Positions 17,221 through 31,849 of a stretch of DNA of 64,000 bases are shown in pieces. This stretch comes from the human T2T-CHM13v2.0 reference genome, Homo sapiens. The stretch's first letter is position 1. Every line of letters starts with the position of its first letter. The stretch lies in assembly GCF_009914755.1 (NCBI RefSeq), contig NC_060926.1; one strand, given 5' to 3'. Position numbers and translations under genes: made by a program. The notes beneath the pieces are model-generated. The model saw nothing but the letters and a program-made list of their open reading frames with translations, was not told where the DNA came from and made no database searches.

Positions 17221-17992
17221 CTTGGATTTCTTGTATCTCTGCATGTTGACCTCTCTAGCAAGATTGAGGAAACTTTTTTTGAATTATATCCTCAAATGTA
17301 TTTTCCAAGTTGCTTACTTTCTCTTATTCTCTCTCAGAAATGCCAACAAGTTGTAGGTTTGGTCACTTTACATAATTTTGTATTTCTCAAAGTCTTTGCT
17401 CATGTTTAAAAAGTTCTTTTTTCTTTATTTTTGTCTGACTTAACTGATTTGAAGGACTGGTCTTTGAGCTCTGACATTCTTTCTTCTGCTTGGTCTGGTC
17501 TATTGTTAAGGCTTTCTGTTGTATTTTGAAGTTCCTTAAGTGAATTTTTCCATTTGAGAAGTTCTGTTTGGTTATTTCTTATATAGCTATGTTGTCTTTC
17601 AGATTCTGGATCGTTTTCCTGTTTTCTTTGTGTTGGATTCTGAATTCAGCACCTCTCATTTCAGACATTTCATTCTGGTTAAGATTCATTGCTAGGGAGC
17701 TAGTACAGTCTTTTGGAGGTGACAAAACCCTCTGGGTTTTTGTATTGCCAGAGTTCATGTGCTGATTCCCTCTCATCAGAGGGAGCTGGCACTTCTTTTT
17801 TGAAGTTGCTATCATTTGGTTTGGGCTTTTTGACTTTTTATTCTTTTTTCCCTCGAGGGTGTGACTGTGGTGTATGTTGTGTATAATCACTTGGTTTTGT
17901 TCCTGGGTGCTTTTAGAGGGCCAAATATCTGTATGGGTCTTTTGGCTGCAGTTAGGTTTGTGCAGTGACTTTCTCAGACACCGCTTGTGGTG

Positions 17993-17994
<2 letters not shown>

Positions 17995-18067
<73 letters not shown>
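17995..18067. repeat. (TA)n microsatellite, ~36 units with one CA interruption
   Basis: Read directly from the sequence. Confidence 0.98.
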
Positions 18068-18070
<3 letters not shown>

Positions 18071-18938
18071 CGTGGTGTAATTCAGGCTGCAGTACAGTAG
18101 ATGGCACTTGAGAAAGAGTAAGAGCCAGCAGGTTGGCTCTTACTCTGCATGTGCTTGCCATTGGCCTAGGCAATGGTGACAGAGAATTGGGGAAAAACAC
18201 CCTCCCTCAGTGTATACTTCCCTTTGGCAGAGGTGAAGCTGCTGGAGAAGCTGGAGAAGCTGGAGAAGTGGCCTCTTTCATCCCATCACCTCTAGGACCC
18301 AATAGGAGGAGCCCTGCCACATTCACAGCAGTACATGGGGAGAGGAGCAAGGGTTGAGTGATGGATGACCCCCTTCCCAGATTCATTCACAGGCATTAAT
18401 GGTACCCCATACAGTGAGTGGCATCACACTTGTGCTTCCTTTGACCCAAGGCATGCCTTGTTTGGCGGTACTCCTCTCTTAGTTAGGGGTTGTCTGCCTG
18501 AGGTTTAGATATCTGGGGAAGTAGGGACTGCCCCCCTCTTACTCTTCAGAGCTGGTGAGGCACTCTTCCCTAACTGGTCAATGAAGCAGGCTGGGGCACA
18601 CAGCAATGACACAGGCAGACAGGTTCCAGGTCGCAAAAGCTGTTCGTGGCTGCAAGTCTCACCACGAAGGAGAAACTTCAAGCCTCCCCCTGTGGTGGTC
18701 CTGTAATGGGAGAAAGTCTAATTCCAGCACCTACTGATGGAGTGCATGTGACATATGCCACTCAATTCTGGCTCCCATTCCAAAGCATACACTCCAAACT
18801 CTGGGCTTAGACCACAATGCCTGCAATGGCTACTGCTGCCAGGTAGCCAAATAATGACTATCTTTGTATAAGCCTGGATTATAAATGGAGTCCTCTTCTC
18901 ATTCTCAGATCTAGGAAAATGCCTGCAGCTTTTCCTGG

Positions 18939-18959
18939 TCTCTCTCTCTCTCTCTCTCT
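18939..18959. repeat. (TC)n microsatellite
   Basis: Read directly from the sequence. Confidence 0.9.
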
Positions 18960-20607
18960 TTGTCTCTCAGACTGTACCCAAGTTAGCTGCAGGGTTTGAG
19001 AGAAAAATTGTGCTCTTTTATGGCCTTGATTACACAGATCTCCAGTGGAAGGTGAGTCACAGAGGGAGACAGACTGCCCCTCTCCTGTACTGGGGCTTCA
19101 CTCACTTTTATAAGCTGATTGCCATCACTAGGGCTGCTTGCCCACCTTCTCCCCTGGGCTTGGAGTGTCCTTTAGTATTCTGGTGAATTCTCATTTTCCT
19201 TCTTGAATTAAGTATAAAAAAACTGATTTTTATGCACTATTTTGCTACTTCCAGGTGACTGAGGCATGCTAAGAGCCTCTAATCCACCATCTTGGAAACA
19301 ACAACAACAGAAACCCCTCTTGTTAATGATGTCTACATTTATTTCATTGTGGTCTGAGAATATACTTGACACAATTTTGATTTTTGAAAAATTTGTTGAG
19401 GGTTGTTTTCTGTCCTGGAGAATGATGTCTCCTGGAGAGTGATCCCATGGGCTGATGAGCAGGATGTGTGTTCTGTGGCTATTAGATGAAATGCTCTGCA
19501 AATGTCTATTAGGTCCATTTGGTCTAATGCAAAATTCAATGTTTCTTTGTTAATTTGTTAATTTTCTGTCTAGATAATCTTTCTAATGCTGAGAGTGCAG
19601 TATTGAAATCCTCAATGTATTGGAAACTCTCTCTCCCTCTAATTCTAATATTTGATTTATATATCTGGATGCTCTGGTGTCGGGTGCACATATGTTCAGA
19701 AGTGTATGCCTTTGCTGAATTGATCCCTTTATCATTATATAATGAACTTCTTTGTCTCTTTTTATAGTTTTTGACTTAAAATATGTTTTTTTTTCTGATA
19801 TAAGTACAGCTACTCCTGCTTGCTTTTGGTTTCCCTTTTCATGGACTATCTCTTTCCATCCCTTTACTTTCAGTTTATATGTGTCTTTAAAGGTAGCTAG
19901 CATATAGTTGGGCCACATTTTTTAAATCCATTCAGCCAGTGTATATCTTTTATGTGAAAAGTTTAATCCATTTACTTTGAGGATTATTGATATGTGAAGC
20001 TTTATTCCTGTCATTTTATTCAGTGATTTCTGGTTGTTTTGTATACCCTTTGTTTGTTTCTTTCTCTTTTACTGTTTATCATTGTGGCTTGCTGGTTTTC
20101 CGTAGTGGTAATATTTGAGTCTTTTGTCTTTTTTGTTTATGTGTTTGCTCTACCAGTGGTTTTTATATTTTCATGTGTTTTCATGGATAGTAGATAATTT
20201 TGTTTCACTTTCAGGTGTAGGACTCCCTTAAGCATTTCTGTTTTCTGGTGTTTTTTGTTTCTGACTTTTATTTTAGATTCAGGGGTTATATGTGCAGGTT
20301 TATTACTGGGGTATGTTATGTGATGCTGAAGTTTGGGGTGCAAATGTTCCTGTTAACCAGGTACTAAGCATGGTACCCAACAGATAGTTTTTCAACCCTT
20401 GTCCCCTGTCCTCCCTCCCCTGTTTAGGAGTCACCAGTGTCTATTGCTTGTATTTATGTCAATGAGTACCCAGTGGTTAGCTCTTACTTATAAGTGAGAA
20501 CTTGCAGTACTTGATTTTTCTGTTCCTGTGTTAATTAACTTAGGATAATAGCATCCAGTTGCAAAGGACAACTTTATTCTTTGTTATGGCTGCATAGTAT
20601 TCCATGG

Positions 20608-20972
20608 TGTATCAGTGCGTTCTCACACTGCTAATAAAGACATACCCAAGTCTGGGTAATTTATAAAGGAAAGAGGTTTAATGTACTTACAGTTCAGCAT
20701 GGCTGGAGAGGCCTCAGGAAACTTACAATCATGGTGGAAGGGGAAGCAAATATGGCAGCAGGAAGGAGAAGAATGAGTGCCCAGCGAAGGGGGAAGTCCC
20801 TTATAAAACATCAGATCTTGTGAGAACTAACTCACTATCATGAGAACAGGATGGGGGAAACCACCCATGTGATTCACCATATCTCCCACCAGGTCCCTTC
20901 CATGACACGTGGGGAATATGGGAACAACAATTCAAGATGAGATTTGGGTGGGGACACAGCCCAATTATATTA
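20608..20972 (-). mobile_element. THE1 (THE1C/D-like) solo LTR
   Basis: 365 bp MaLR LTR; TSD catgg at 20603-20607 and 20973-20977. Confidence 0.9.
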
Positions 20973-22389
20973 CATGGTGTATATGTACCACATTTTCTTT
21001 ACCCAACCCACTGTTGATGGGAACCTAGCTTAATTCCATGTCTTTGCTATTGTGCATTGTCCTGCAATGAACATGTGAGTGCATATGTCTTTTTAGTAGA
21101 CTAATTTGTTTTCTTTTCAATATATACCAGGTATTGAGGTTGCTGTATCAAATGGTAGTTCTGTTTTAAGTTCTTTGAGTAGTCTCCAAACTGCTTTCTA
21201 CAGTGGCTGAATTAATTTACATTCCCACCAACACTGTTTAAGCATTCCCTTTTCTCCATAGCCTCTCCAATATGTGTTTTTTTTTGACTTTTAAATAATA
21301 GCCAGTCTGACAGATGTAAGATCATATCTCACTGTGATTTTGATTTGCATTTTTCTGATGATTAGTAATTTAGAGCATTTTTTCCAATGTTTGTTGGTTG
21401 CTTGTATGCTTCCTTTTGAGAAATGTCTGTTCATGTCTTTTGACCATTTTTTGAGTGAGGAGGGTTATTTGATTTTTGCTTGTTGAATTGTTTAAATTCC
21501 TTGTAGATTCTGGATATTGATTCTTCCAGTCCATGAGCATGGATTGTTTTTCTACTTGTTTGTGTCATCTATGATTTTTTTTGCAGTGTTTTATAATTCT
21601 CATTGGTAGAGAACTTCCACCTCTTTGGTTAAATGTATTCCTAGGAACTTTTTTGTGTTGATGTTGTAAATGGGATTACATTGTTGATTTGAATCTCAGC
21701 TTGAATGATATTGGTGTGTAGAAATGCAACTGAATTTTCTACATTGATTTTGTATTGTGAAACTTTACTGAAGATGTTTATCAGTTCCAGGAGACTTTTA
21801 GAGTTTTCTAGGTATAAAATTGTATTGTCCATGAGGAGATATACTTTGAATTCTTACTTGTTTGTTCTTTACTTTTATTTTTCTTGTAAAGTAAAGAACT
21901 TGAGTTCTTTACTTTTATCTTTCTCTTGCCTGATTTCTCTAGGTAAGACTTCCAGTATACTATGTGGAATAGGAATGGTGAAAGTAGGCATCCTTGTGTT
22001 CTTCCAGTTCTCAAAGGAAAGGCTTCCAGTTTTTGTCGGTTCAGTAGGATGTTGGCTCTAGTTTTGTTATAGATGACTCTTACTATTGTGAGGTATGTTT
22101 CTTCAACGTCTAATTTCTGAAGGGTTTTTATCATGAAGTGATGTTGAATTTTATCAGAAGCTTTTTCTGCATCTATTGAGAAGATTATATGGTTTTTGTT
22201 TTTAATTTTGTTTATGTGATAAATCACATTTATTAATTGGCATATGTTGAACCAACCTTTTGTCTCACGAATGAAGCCTACTTGATCGTAGTGAATTAAC
22301 TTTTTGATGTTCCTGTTGAATTTTGTTTACTCTTATTTTGTTAAAGAATTTTGTGTCTATCTTTATCACAGATATTGGCCCATAGTTTT

Positions 22390-22393
<4 letters not shown>

Positions 22394-22444
<51 letters not shown>
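22394..22444. repeat. (TG)25 microsatellite
   Basis: Read directly from the sequence. Confidence 0.98.
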
Positions 22445-22445
<1 letters not shown>

Positions 22446-25400
22446 TTTGCCAAGTTTTGGTATCAGAGTAATGCTGGCTTCATAGAATGAGTTAGAGAAG
22501 AGTTCCTGCTCCTTGATGTTTTGGAATAGTTTCAGTAGGATTGGTACCAGCTCTTTTTCATATGTTTGGTAGAATTCTGCTGTGAATCCATCTGGTCAGG
22601 GGCTTTTTAAGCTTTTTATTACTGATTCCATTTAGGAATTCCTTATTGGTCTTTTCTGGGTTTCAATTTCTTTCTGATTCAGTTTTTTAAAATTTTAGTT
22701 TTCTATAGGTTATTGAGGTACAAGTGGTGTTTGGTTACATAAGTAAATCCTTTAGTGGTGATTTTGTGAGATTTTGGTGCACCCATCACCCGAGCAGTAT
22801 ATACTGCACCCTATTTGTAGTCTTTTATCCTTCACCCTCCTTCCACCCTTCCCTCCAAGTTTCCAAAGTCCATTGTATCATTCTTATGCTTTTGCATGCT
22901 CATAAATTAGCTCCCACATATCAGTGAGAGCATATGATGTTTGGTTTTCCATTCCTCAGGTATTTCACTTAGGATAATAGTTTCCAATCTCATCCAAATG
23001 GCTGTGAATGCTCTTAATTAATTCCTTTTCATGTCTGAGTAGTATTCCACTGCATATATATACCACAGTTTCTTTATCCACTCATTGATTGATAGGCATT
23101 TGGGTTGGTTCCATAATTTTGTAATTGTGAATTGCGCTGCTATAAACATACGTGTGCAAGCATCTTTTTCGTATAATGACTTGTTTTCCTTGGAGTAGAT
23201 ACCCAGTAGTGGGATTGCTGGATCAAATGGTAGTTCTGCTTTTAGTTCTCTGAGGAATCTCCACACTGTTTTCCGTAGTGGTTGTATTAGTTTACATTCT
23301 CACCAGCAGTGTAGAGGTGTTCCCTGATCCCCCCTGCCAACCACACCAATATCTACTGTTTTTTGATTTTTTAATTATGGCCATTCTTGCAGGAGTAAGG
23401 TGGTATCACATTGTGGTTTTGATTTGCATTTCCTTAATCAGTAGTGATGTTGAGAATTTTTTATATGTTTGTTGGCCTTTTGTATGTCTTCTTTTGAGAA
23501 TTGTCTATTCATGTCCTTAGCCTACTTTTTGATGGGACTGCTTGTTTTTTTCCTTGATGATTTGTTTGAGTTTGTCGTAGATTTTGGATATTAGTACTTT
23601 GTCAGATGTATAGATTGTGAAGATTTTCTTCCACCCTGTGGGTGGTCTGTTTACTTTGCTGACTTCTTTTTGCCATACAAAAGCTCTTTAGTTTAATTAA
23701 GTCCCAGCTGTTTATCTTTCTTTTTATTGCATTTGCCTTTGGGTTCTTGGTCATAAAATCCTTGCCTAAGCCAATGTCTAGAAAGGTTTTTCCAATGTTA
23801 TCTTCTAGAATTTTTATAGTTTCAGGTTTTAGATTTAAGTCCTTAATCCATCTTTGGTTGATTTTTGTATAAGGTAAGAGATGAGGATTCAGTTTCATTC
23901 TTCTACATGTGGCTAGCCAATTATCCCAGCATCATTTGTTGAAAAGGGTGTCCTTTCCCCACTTTATGTTTTTGTTTGCTTTGTCAAAGATCAGTTGGCT
24001 GTAAGTATATGGGTTTATTTCTGGGTTCTCTCTTCTGTTCCATTGGTATATGTGCCTATTTTTATACCAGTACTATGCTGTTTTGGTGACTATGGCCTTA
24101 TATTATAGTTTAAAATCAAAATCAGGCAGTGTGATGCTTCCAGATATGTTTTTTGCTTAGTGTTGTATTGGCTATGCGGGCTCTTTTTTGGTTCCATATG
24201 AATTCTATAATTGCTTTTTTTCTAATTCTGTGAAGAATGATGATGGTCTTTTGATGAGAATTGTGTTAAATTTGTAGGTTGCTTTTTGCAGTATGGTCAT
24301 TTTCACAATATTGATTCTACCCATCCATGAGCATGGGATGTGTTTCCATTTGTTTGTGTTGTCTATGATTTTTTTCAGCAGTGTTTTGTAGTTTTCCTTG
24401 TAGAGGTCTTTTGATTCCTTGGTTATGGATACACCTAAGTATTTTGTTTGTTTATTTATTTTGCAGCTATTGGAAAAGGGGTTGAGTTCTTGATTTGAAC
24501 TCTTGGTCACTCTTGGTGTATAGAAGAGCTACTGATTTGTGTACATTAATATTTTATCTAGAAACTTTGCTGAATGCTTTTATCAGTTCTAGAAGCTTTC
24601 TGGAGGAGTCTTTAGGGTTTTCAAGGTAAACAATCATCAGCAACAAACAGTGACAGTTTGACTTCCTCTTTACCGATTTGGATGCCCTTTATTTTTTTCT
24701 CTCATCTGATTGCTCTGGCTAGGACTTCCAGTACTATTTTGAAAAGGAATGGTGAGAGTGGGCATCCTTGTCTTGTTCCCATTCCCAGAGGGAATGTTTT
24801 TAACTTTTCCCCATTCAGTATTATGATGGGTGTGGGTTTGTCATAGATGGCTTTTATTACATTGAAGTATGTCCCTTGTATGCCAATTTTGCTGAGAGTT
24901 TTAATCAAAGGAATGCTGGATTTTGTCAAATGCTTTTTCTGCATCTATTGAGATGATCATGTGATTTTTGCTTTTAATTCTGTGTATGTGGTATATCACA
25001 TTTATTGACTTGCATATGTTAAATCATCCCTGAATCCCTGGTATGAAACCCACTTGATTATGGTGGATTATCCTTTTGATATGTTGTTGGATTCAGTTAG
25101 CTAGTATTTTGTTAAGGATTTTAGCATCTACGTTCATCAGGGATATTGGTCTGTAGTTTTCTTTTTTGGTTATGTCCTTTCCTGGTTTTGGTATTAAGGT
25201 GATGCTGTCCTCATAGAATGAATTGAGGAGGGCTCCCTATTTCTCTATCTTATGGAATAGTGTCAATAGGATTGGTACCAATTCTTCATTGAATGTCTGG
25301 TAGAATTCTGCTTTGAATCTGTTTGGTCTTGGACTTTTATTTGTTGGTAATTTTTTAATTGCTATTTCAATCTTGCTGCTTGTTATTGGTCTGTTCAGAG

Positions 25401-27332
25401 TATCTAATTTTTCCTGATTTAAGTTAGGAGGGTTGTATTTTTCAGGAATTTATCCATCTCTTCTAGGTTTTCTAGTTTGTGCACATAAAGATGTTCATGG
25501 TAGCCTTGAATTATCTTTTGTATTTGAGTGGTGTCAGTTGTAATATCTCCTGTTTTGTTTCTTATTGAGTTATTTGGATATTCTCTCTTCTTTTCTTGAT
25601 TAGTCTTGCTAATAGTCTATCAATTTTATTTATTTTTCAAACAATGAGCTTTTTATTTTATTTATCTTTTGTATGTTTTTTGTTTCAATCTCTTTTAGTT
25701 TTTCCCTGATCTTGGCTATTTCCTTTCTTCTGCTGGGTTCGGGTTTGGTTTGGTCTTGTTTCTCAGGTTCCTTGGGGTGTAACCTTAGAATGTCAGTTTG
25801 TGCTTTTTCAGTCTTTTTGATCTAGGCATTTAGGGCTATGAACTTTCCTCTTAGCATCACCTTTGCTATATCCCAGAGGTTTTGATAGGTTGTGTCACTA
25901 TTGTCATTGAGTGTGAATAATTTTTTAATTTCCATATTAATTTTACTTTAGACCCAATGATCATTCAGGAGCAGGTTAGTTAATTTCTGTGTATTTGCAT
26001 GGTTTTGAAGGTTCCTTTGGGAATTGATTTCCAGTTTTTAATTTTTTGAATTTTTTAAAATTTTACTTTGTTTTGGGTACATGTGCAGAATGTGCAGGTT
26101 TGTTACATAGGTATACATGTGCTATGGTGGTTTGCTGCAACTATCAACCCATCATCTAGGTTTTAAGCCCCACATGCATTAGGTATTTTTCCGAATGCTC
26201 TCCCTCCCCTTGCCCCCTACACCACAATGGTCCCTGGTGTATGATGTTCCCCTCCCTGTGTACATGTGTTCTCATTGTTCACCTCCCACTTACGAGTGAG
26301 AACATGCAGTGTTTGGTTTTCTATCCCTGTGTTAGTTTGCTGAGAATGACGGTTTCCAGCTTCATCCATGTCCCTGCAAAGGACATGAACTCATCCTTTT
26401 TTATGGCTGCATAGTGTTCCATGGTGTATATGTGCCACATTTTCTGTATCCAGTCTATCATTGATGGTCATTTGGGTTAGTTCCATGCCTTTGCTATTGT
26501 AAATAGTGCTGCAATAAACATACATGTGCATGTGTCTTTATAGTAAAATGACTTATAATCCTTTGGGTATATACCCAGTAATGAGATTGCTGGGTCAAAT
26601 AATATTTCTGGTTTGACATCTTGGAGGAATTGCTACAGTCTTCCACAATGTTTGTACTAATTTACACTCCCACCAACAGTGTAAAAGCATTCCTATTTCC
26701 CCACAGCCTCGCCAGCATCCGTTGTTTCCTGACTTTTTAATGATCACCATTCTAACTGGCATGAGATGGTATCTCATTGTGGTTTTGATTTGCATTTCTC
26801 TAATGACCAGTGATGATGAGCTTTTTTTCTTATGTTTCTTGGCCACATAAACGTCTTCTTTTGAGAAGTGTCTGTTCATAACCTTTGCCCATTTTTTGAT
26901 GGGTTTGTTTGTATTTTCCTTGTAAATTTGTTTATGTTCCTTGTAGATTCTGGAGATTAGGCCTTTGTCAGATAGACAGATTGCAAACATTTTCTCCCAT
27001 TCTGTAGGTTGCCTGTTCAGTTTGAGTTTTCTTTGCTGTGCAGAAGCTCTTTAGTTTAATTAGGTGCCATTTGTCAATTTTAGCTTTTGTTGCCATTGCT
27101 TTTGGTGTTTTAGTCATGAAGTCTTTGCCCATGCCTATGTCCTGAATGGTATTGCCTAGGTTTTCTTCTAGGATTTTTTTATGGTTTTGGATTTTACATT
27201 TAAGTAGTTAATCCATCTTGAGTTAATTTTTGTATAAGGTGTAAGGAAGGGGTCCAGTTTCAGTTTTCTGCATATGACTAGCCAGATTTCCCAGCCTCAT
27301 TTATTAAATAGGGAATCCTTTCCCTATTGCTT

Positions 27333-27622
27333 TATTTTTATTTTTATTTATTTATTTTTTTGAGACAGAGTGTTGCTCTGTCGACAGGCTGTAGTGCAGT
27401 GGTGTTATCTTGGCTCACTGCAACCTCTGCCTCCCAGGTTCAAGTGATTCTCCTTCCTTAGCCTCCCGAGCAGCTGGGACTACAAGCACACAATTTTTGT
27501 AGTTTTAGTAGAGACAGGGTTTCACCATGTTGGCCAGGATGGTTTTGATCTCTTGACCTCATGATCTGCCCACTTTGGCCTCCAAAGTGCTGGGATCATA
27601 GGCACCAACCATCCCGCCTGGC
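27333..27622 (-). mobile_element. AluSc-like within L1 G
   Basis: TSD ccctattgctt at 27322-27332 and 27623-27633. Confidence 0.93.
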
Positions 27623-27935
27623 CCCTATTGCTTGTTTTTTGTCAGGTTTGTGGAAGATCAGATGGTTGTAGATGTGTAGTGTTATTTCTGAGGCCTCTGT
27701 TCTGTTCCATTGGTCTATATATATGTTTTGGTACGAGTACCATGCTGTTTTGGTTACTGTAGCCTTGTAGAATAGTTTGAAGTTAGGTAGCATGATGTCT
27801 CCAGCTTTGATGGTTTTGCTTAGGATTGTCTTGGCTACGTGGGCTCTTTTTTGGTTCCATATGAAATTTAATGTAGTTTTTTCTAACTTTGTGAAGAAAG
27901 TCAATGGTACCTTGATGGGAGTAGCATTGAATCTA

Positions 27936-28220
<285 letters not shown>

Positions 28221-31200
28221 TCAAGTTGCTTATCAGCTTAAGGAGTTTTGGGGCTGAGACTATGGGGTTTTCTAAATATACAGTTATGTCATCTATGTAC
28301 AGAGACAATTAGACTTCCTATTTGAATATGCTTTATTTCTTTCTCTTGCCTCATTGCCTTGGCCAGAACTTCCAATACTGTGTTGAATAGGAGTGATGAG
28401 AGAGGTTACCCTTGCCTTGCACCGATTTTCAGATACTTCCATCTTTTGGCCATTCAGTATGATATTGGCTATGGGTTTGTCATAAACAGCTCTTATTATT
28501 TTGAGACATGTTCCATCAATACCTAGTTTATTGAGAGATTTTAGCATGAAGGGACATTGAATTTTATCGAAGGCCTTTTCTGCGTCTATTGAGATAATCA
28601 CGTGGTTTTTGTCACTGGTTCTGTTTATATGATGGATTACATTTATTGATTTGCATATGTTGAACCAGCCTTGCATCCCAGTGATGAAGCCAACTTGATT
28701 GTGGTGGATAAGCTTTTTGATGTGCTTCTGGATTCACTTTGCCAAGATTTTATTGAGGATATTTGCTTTGATGTTCACCAGGGATATTGGCCTGAAATTT
28801 TCTTTTTTTTGTTGTGTCCTTGCCAGGTTTAGATATCAGGATGATTCTGGCCTCATAAAATGAGTTAGGGAAGAGTCTCTCTTATTCTATTGTTTGGAAT
28901 AGTTTCAGAAGATATAGTAGTAACTCTCCTTTGTACCTCTGGTAGAATTCAGTTGTGATTCTGTCTGGTCCTGGGCTTTTTTGGTTGGTAGACTATTAAT
29001 TACTGCCTCAATTTCAGAACTTGTTATTGGTCTATTCAGGGATTTGACTTCTTCCTGGTTTAGTCTTAGGATGGTGTGTGTCCAGGAATGTATCCATTTC
29101 TTCTAGATTTTCCAGTTTATTCACATAGAGATGTTTATAGTATTCTCTGAAGGTAGTTTATATTTCTGTGGGATCAGTGGTAATATCCCCTTTATCATAT
29201 TTTATTGTATCTATTTGATTCTTCTCTTTTTTCTTCTTTATTAATCTGGCTAGCAGTCTATTTTGTTAATCTTTTCAGAAAACCAGCTCCTGGATTCATT
29301 CATTTTTTTGAAGGGTTTTTTGTGTCTCTCTCTCCTTCGGTTCTGCTCTGATCTTAATTATTTCTTGTCTTCTGCTAGCTTTTGAATTTGTTTGCTCTTG
29401 CTTCTCTAGCTCTTCTAATTGTAACGTTAGGGTGTCAATTTCAGATCTTTCCTATTTTCTGATGTGGGCATTTTAGTGCTATAAATTTCCCTCTTAAGAT
29501 TGTTTTAGCTGTGTCCCAGTGATTCTGGTACATTGTCTCTTTGTTCTCATTGGTTTCAAAGAAGTTCAAATAATTTCATTATTTACCCAGTAGTCATTCA
29601 GGAGCAGATTGTTCAGCTTCCCGGTAGTTGTGTGGTTTTGAGTGAGTTTCTTAATCCTGAGTTCTAATTTGATTGCACTGTGGTCTGAGAGACTGTTTGT
29701 TATGATTTCCGTTATTTTACATTTGCTGAGGAGTGCTTCCAATTATATGGTCAATTTTAGAATAACTGCTATGTGGTGCTGAGAAGAATGTATATTCTGT
29801 TGATTTGGGGTGGAGAGTCCTGTAGATGTCTATTAGGTCTGCTTGGTCCAGAGCAGAGTTCAAGTCCTGAATATCCTTGTAATTTTCTGTCTTGTTGATC
29901 TGTCTAATATTGGCAGTGGGATGTTAAAGTCTCCCACTAATACTGTGTGGGAGTCTAAGTCTCTTTGCAGGTCTCTAAGAACTTGTGTTATGAATCTGGG
30001 TGCTCCTGTATTGGGTGCATATATATTTAGGATAGTCAGCTCTTCTTGTTGCATTGATCCCTTTACCATTATGTAATGCCCTTCTTTGTCTTTTTTGATC
30101 ATTGTTGGTTTAAAGTCTGTTTTATCAGAGACTAGGATTGCAACCCCTGCTTTTTTTTTTGCTTTCCATTTTCTTGATAAGCATTCCTCCATCCCTTTAT
30201 CTTGAGCCTATGTGTGTCTGCACGTGAGATGGATCTCCTGAATACAGCACACCAGTGGGTCTTGATTCTTTATCCAATTTGCAAGTCTGTGTATTTTAAT
30301 TGGGGCATTTAGTCCATTTATATTTAAGGTTGATATTGTTATGTGTGAATTTGGTCCTGTCATCATGATGCTAGCTGGTTATTTTGCAAATTAGTTGACA
30401 CAGTTTCTTCATAGTGTTGTTGGTCTTTATATTTTGGTGTGTTTTTGCAGTGGCTGGTACCAGTTGTTCCTTTCCATGTTGAACGCTTCCTTCAGGAGCT
30501 CTTGTAAGGCAGGCCTGGTGGTGACAAAATTCCTCAGCATTTGCTTGCCTGTAAAGATTTTATTTCTCCTTTGCTTATGAAGCTTAGTTTGGCTGGATAT
30601 GAAATTCTGGGTGGCAAATTTTTTCTTTAAACATGTTGAATATTGGCCCCCACTCCCTTCTGGCTTGTAGGGTTTCTGCAGAGAGATCCAATGTTGGTCT
30701 GATAGGCTTCCCTTTGTAGGTCACCTGACCTTTCTCTCTGGCTGCCCTTAACATTTTTTCCTTCAGTTCAATCTTGGTGAATCTGATGATTATGTGTCTT
30801 GGGGTTGCTCTTCTTGAGGAATATCTTAGTGGTGTTCTCTGTATTTCCTGAGTTTGAATGTTGGCCTGTCTTGCTAGGTTGGGGAAGTTCTCCTGGATAA
30901 TATCCTGAGGTGTGTTTCCCAAGTTGGTCCCTGGCATTTTCAGGTACACCAATCAATCTTAGGTTTGGTCTTTTTACATAGTCCTATATTTCTTGGAGAT
31001 TTTGTTCATTCCTTTTCATACTTTTTTCTCTTATCTTGTCTTCATACCTTATTTTAGTAAGCTGATCTTCAATGTCTGATATCCTTTCTTCTGCTTGGTT
31101 GATTTGGCTACTGATACTTGCGTAAGCTTCACAAAGTTCTTGTGCTGTGTTTTTCAGCTCCATCGGGTCATTTATGTTGTTCTCTAAACTGGTTATTCTA

Positions 31201-31390
31201 GTTAGCAGTTCTTGTAACCTTTTTGAAGGTTCTTGCTTTCTTGCATTGGGTTAGAACATGCTCCTTTAGTTCAGAGGAATTTATTATTACCCACTTTCTG
31301 AAGCCTACTTCTGTCAATTCATCAAACTCATTCTCCATCCAGTTTTGTGCCCTTGCTGGAGAGGAGTTGCAATCATTTGGAGGAAAAGCA

Positions 31391-31849
31391 TCATTCTGGG
31401 GTGGAGCCAAGATGGTCAAATAGGAACAGCTCCAGTCTACAACTCCCAGCATAAGCAACACAGAAGACAGGTGATTTCTGCATTTCCAGCTGAGGTACCG
31501 GGCTCATCTCACTGGGGAGTGTCCGAAAGTGGGTGCAGGACAGTGGGTGCAGCACACCCAACATGGGCTGAAGCAGGGCGAGGCATCGCCTCACATGGGA
31601 AGCACAAGGGGTCAGGGAATTCCTTTTCCTAGTCAAAGAAAAGGGTGACAGATGGCACCTGGAAAATCGGGTCACTCCCACCCTAATACGGCACTTTTCC
31701 AATGGTCTTAGCAAATGGCACACCAGGAGATTATATATTGCACATGGCTTGGAGGGTCCTATGTCCACAGAGCCTTGCTCATTACTAGCACAGCAGTCTG
31801 AGATCAAACTGCAAGGTGGCAGCGAGGCTGGGGGAGGGGCGCCCGCCAT
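31391..31849 (-). CDS. ORF0: L1 ORF0-homologous antisense ORF, extended to 152 aa (within a 247-codon open frame)
   Basis: MAGAPPPASLPPCSLISDCCASN...IRVGVTRFSRC matches primate L1 ORF0; ATG in GCAATGG context. Expression unknown. Confidence 0.55.
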   Translation of the reverse strand: MAGAPPPASLPPCSLISDCCASNEQGSVDIGPSKPCAIYNLLVCHLLRPLEKCRIRVGVTRFSRCHLSPFSLTRKRNSLTPCASHVRRCLALLQPMLGVLHPLSCTHFRTLPSEMSPVPQLEMQKSPVFCVAYAGSCRLELFLFDHLGSTPE

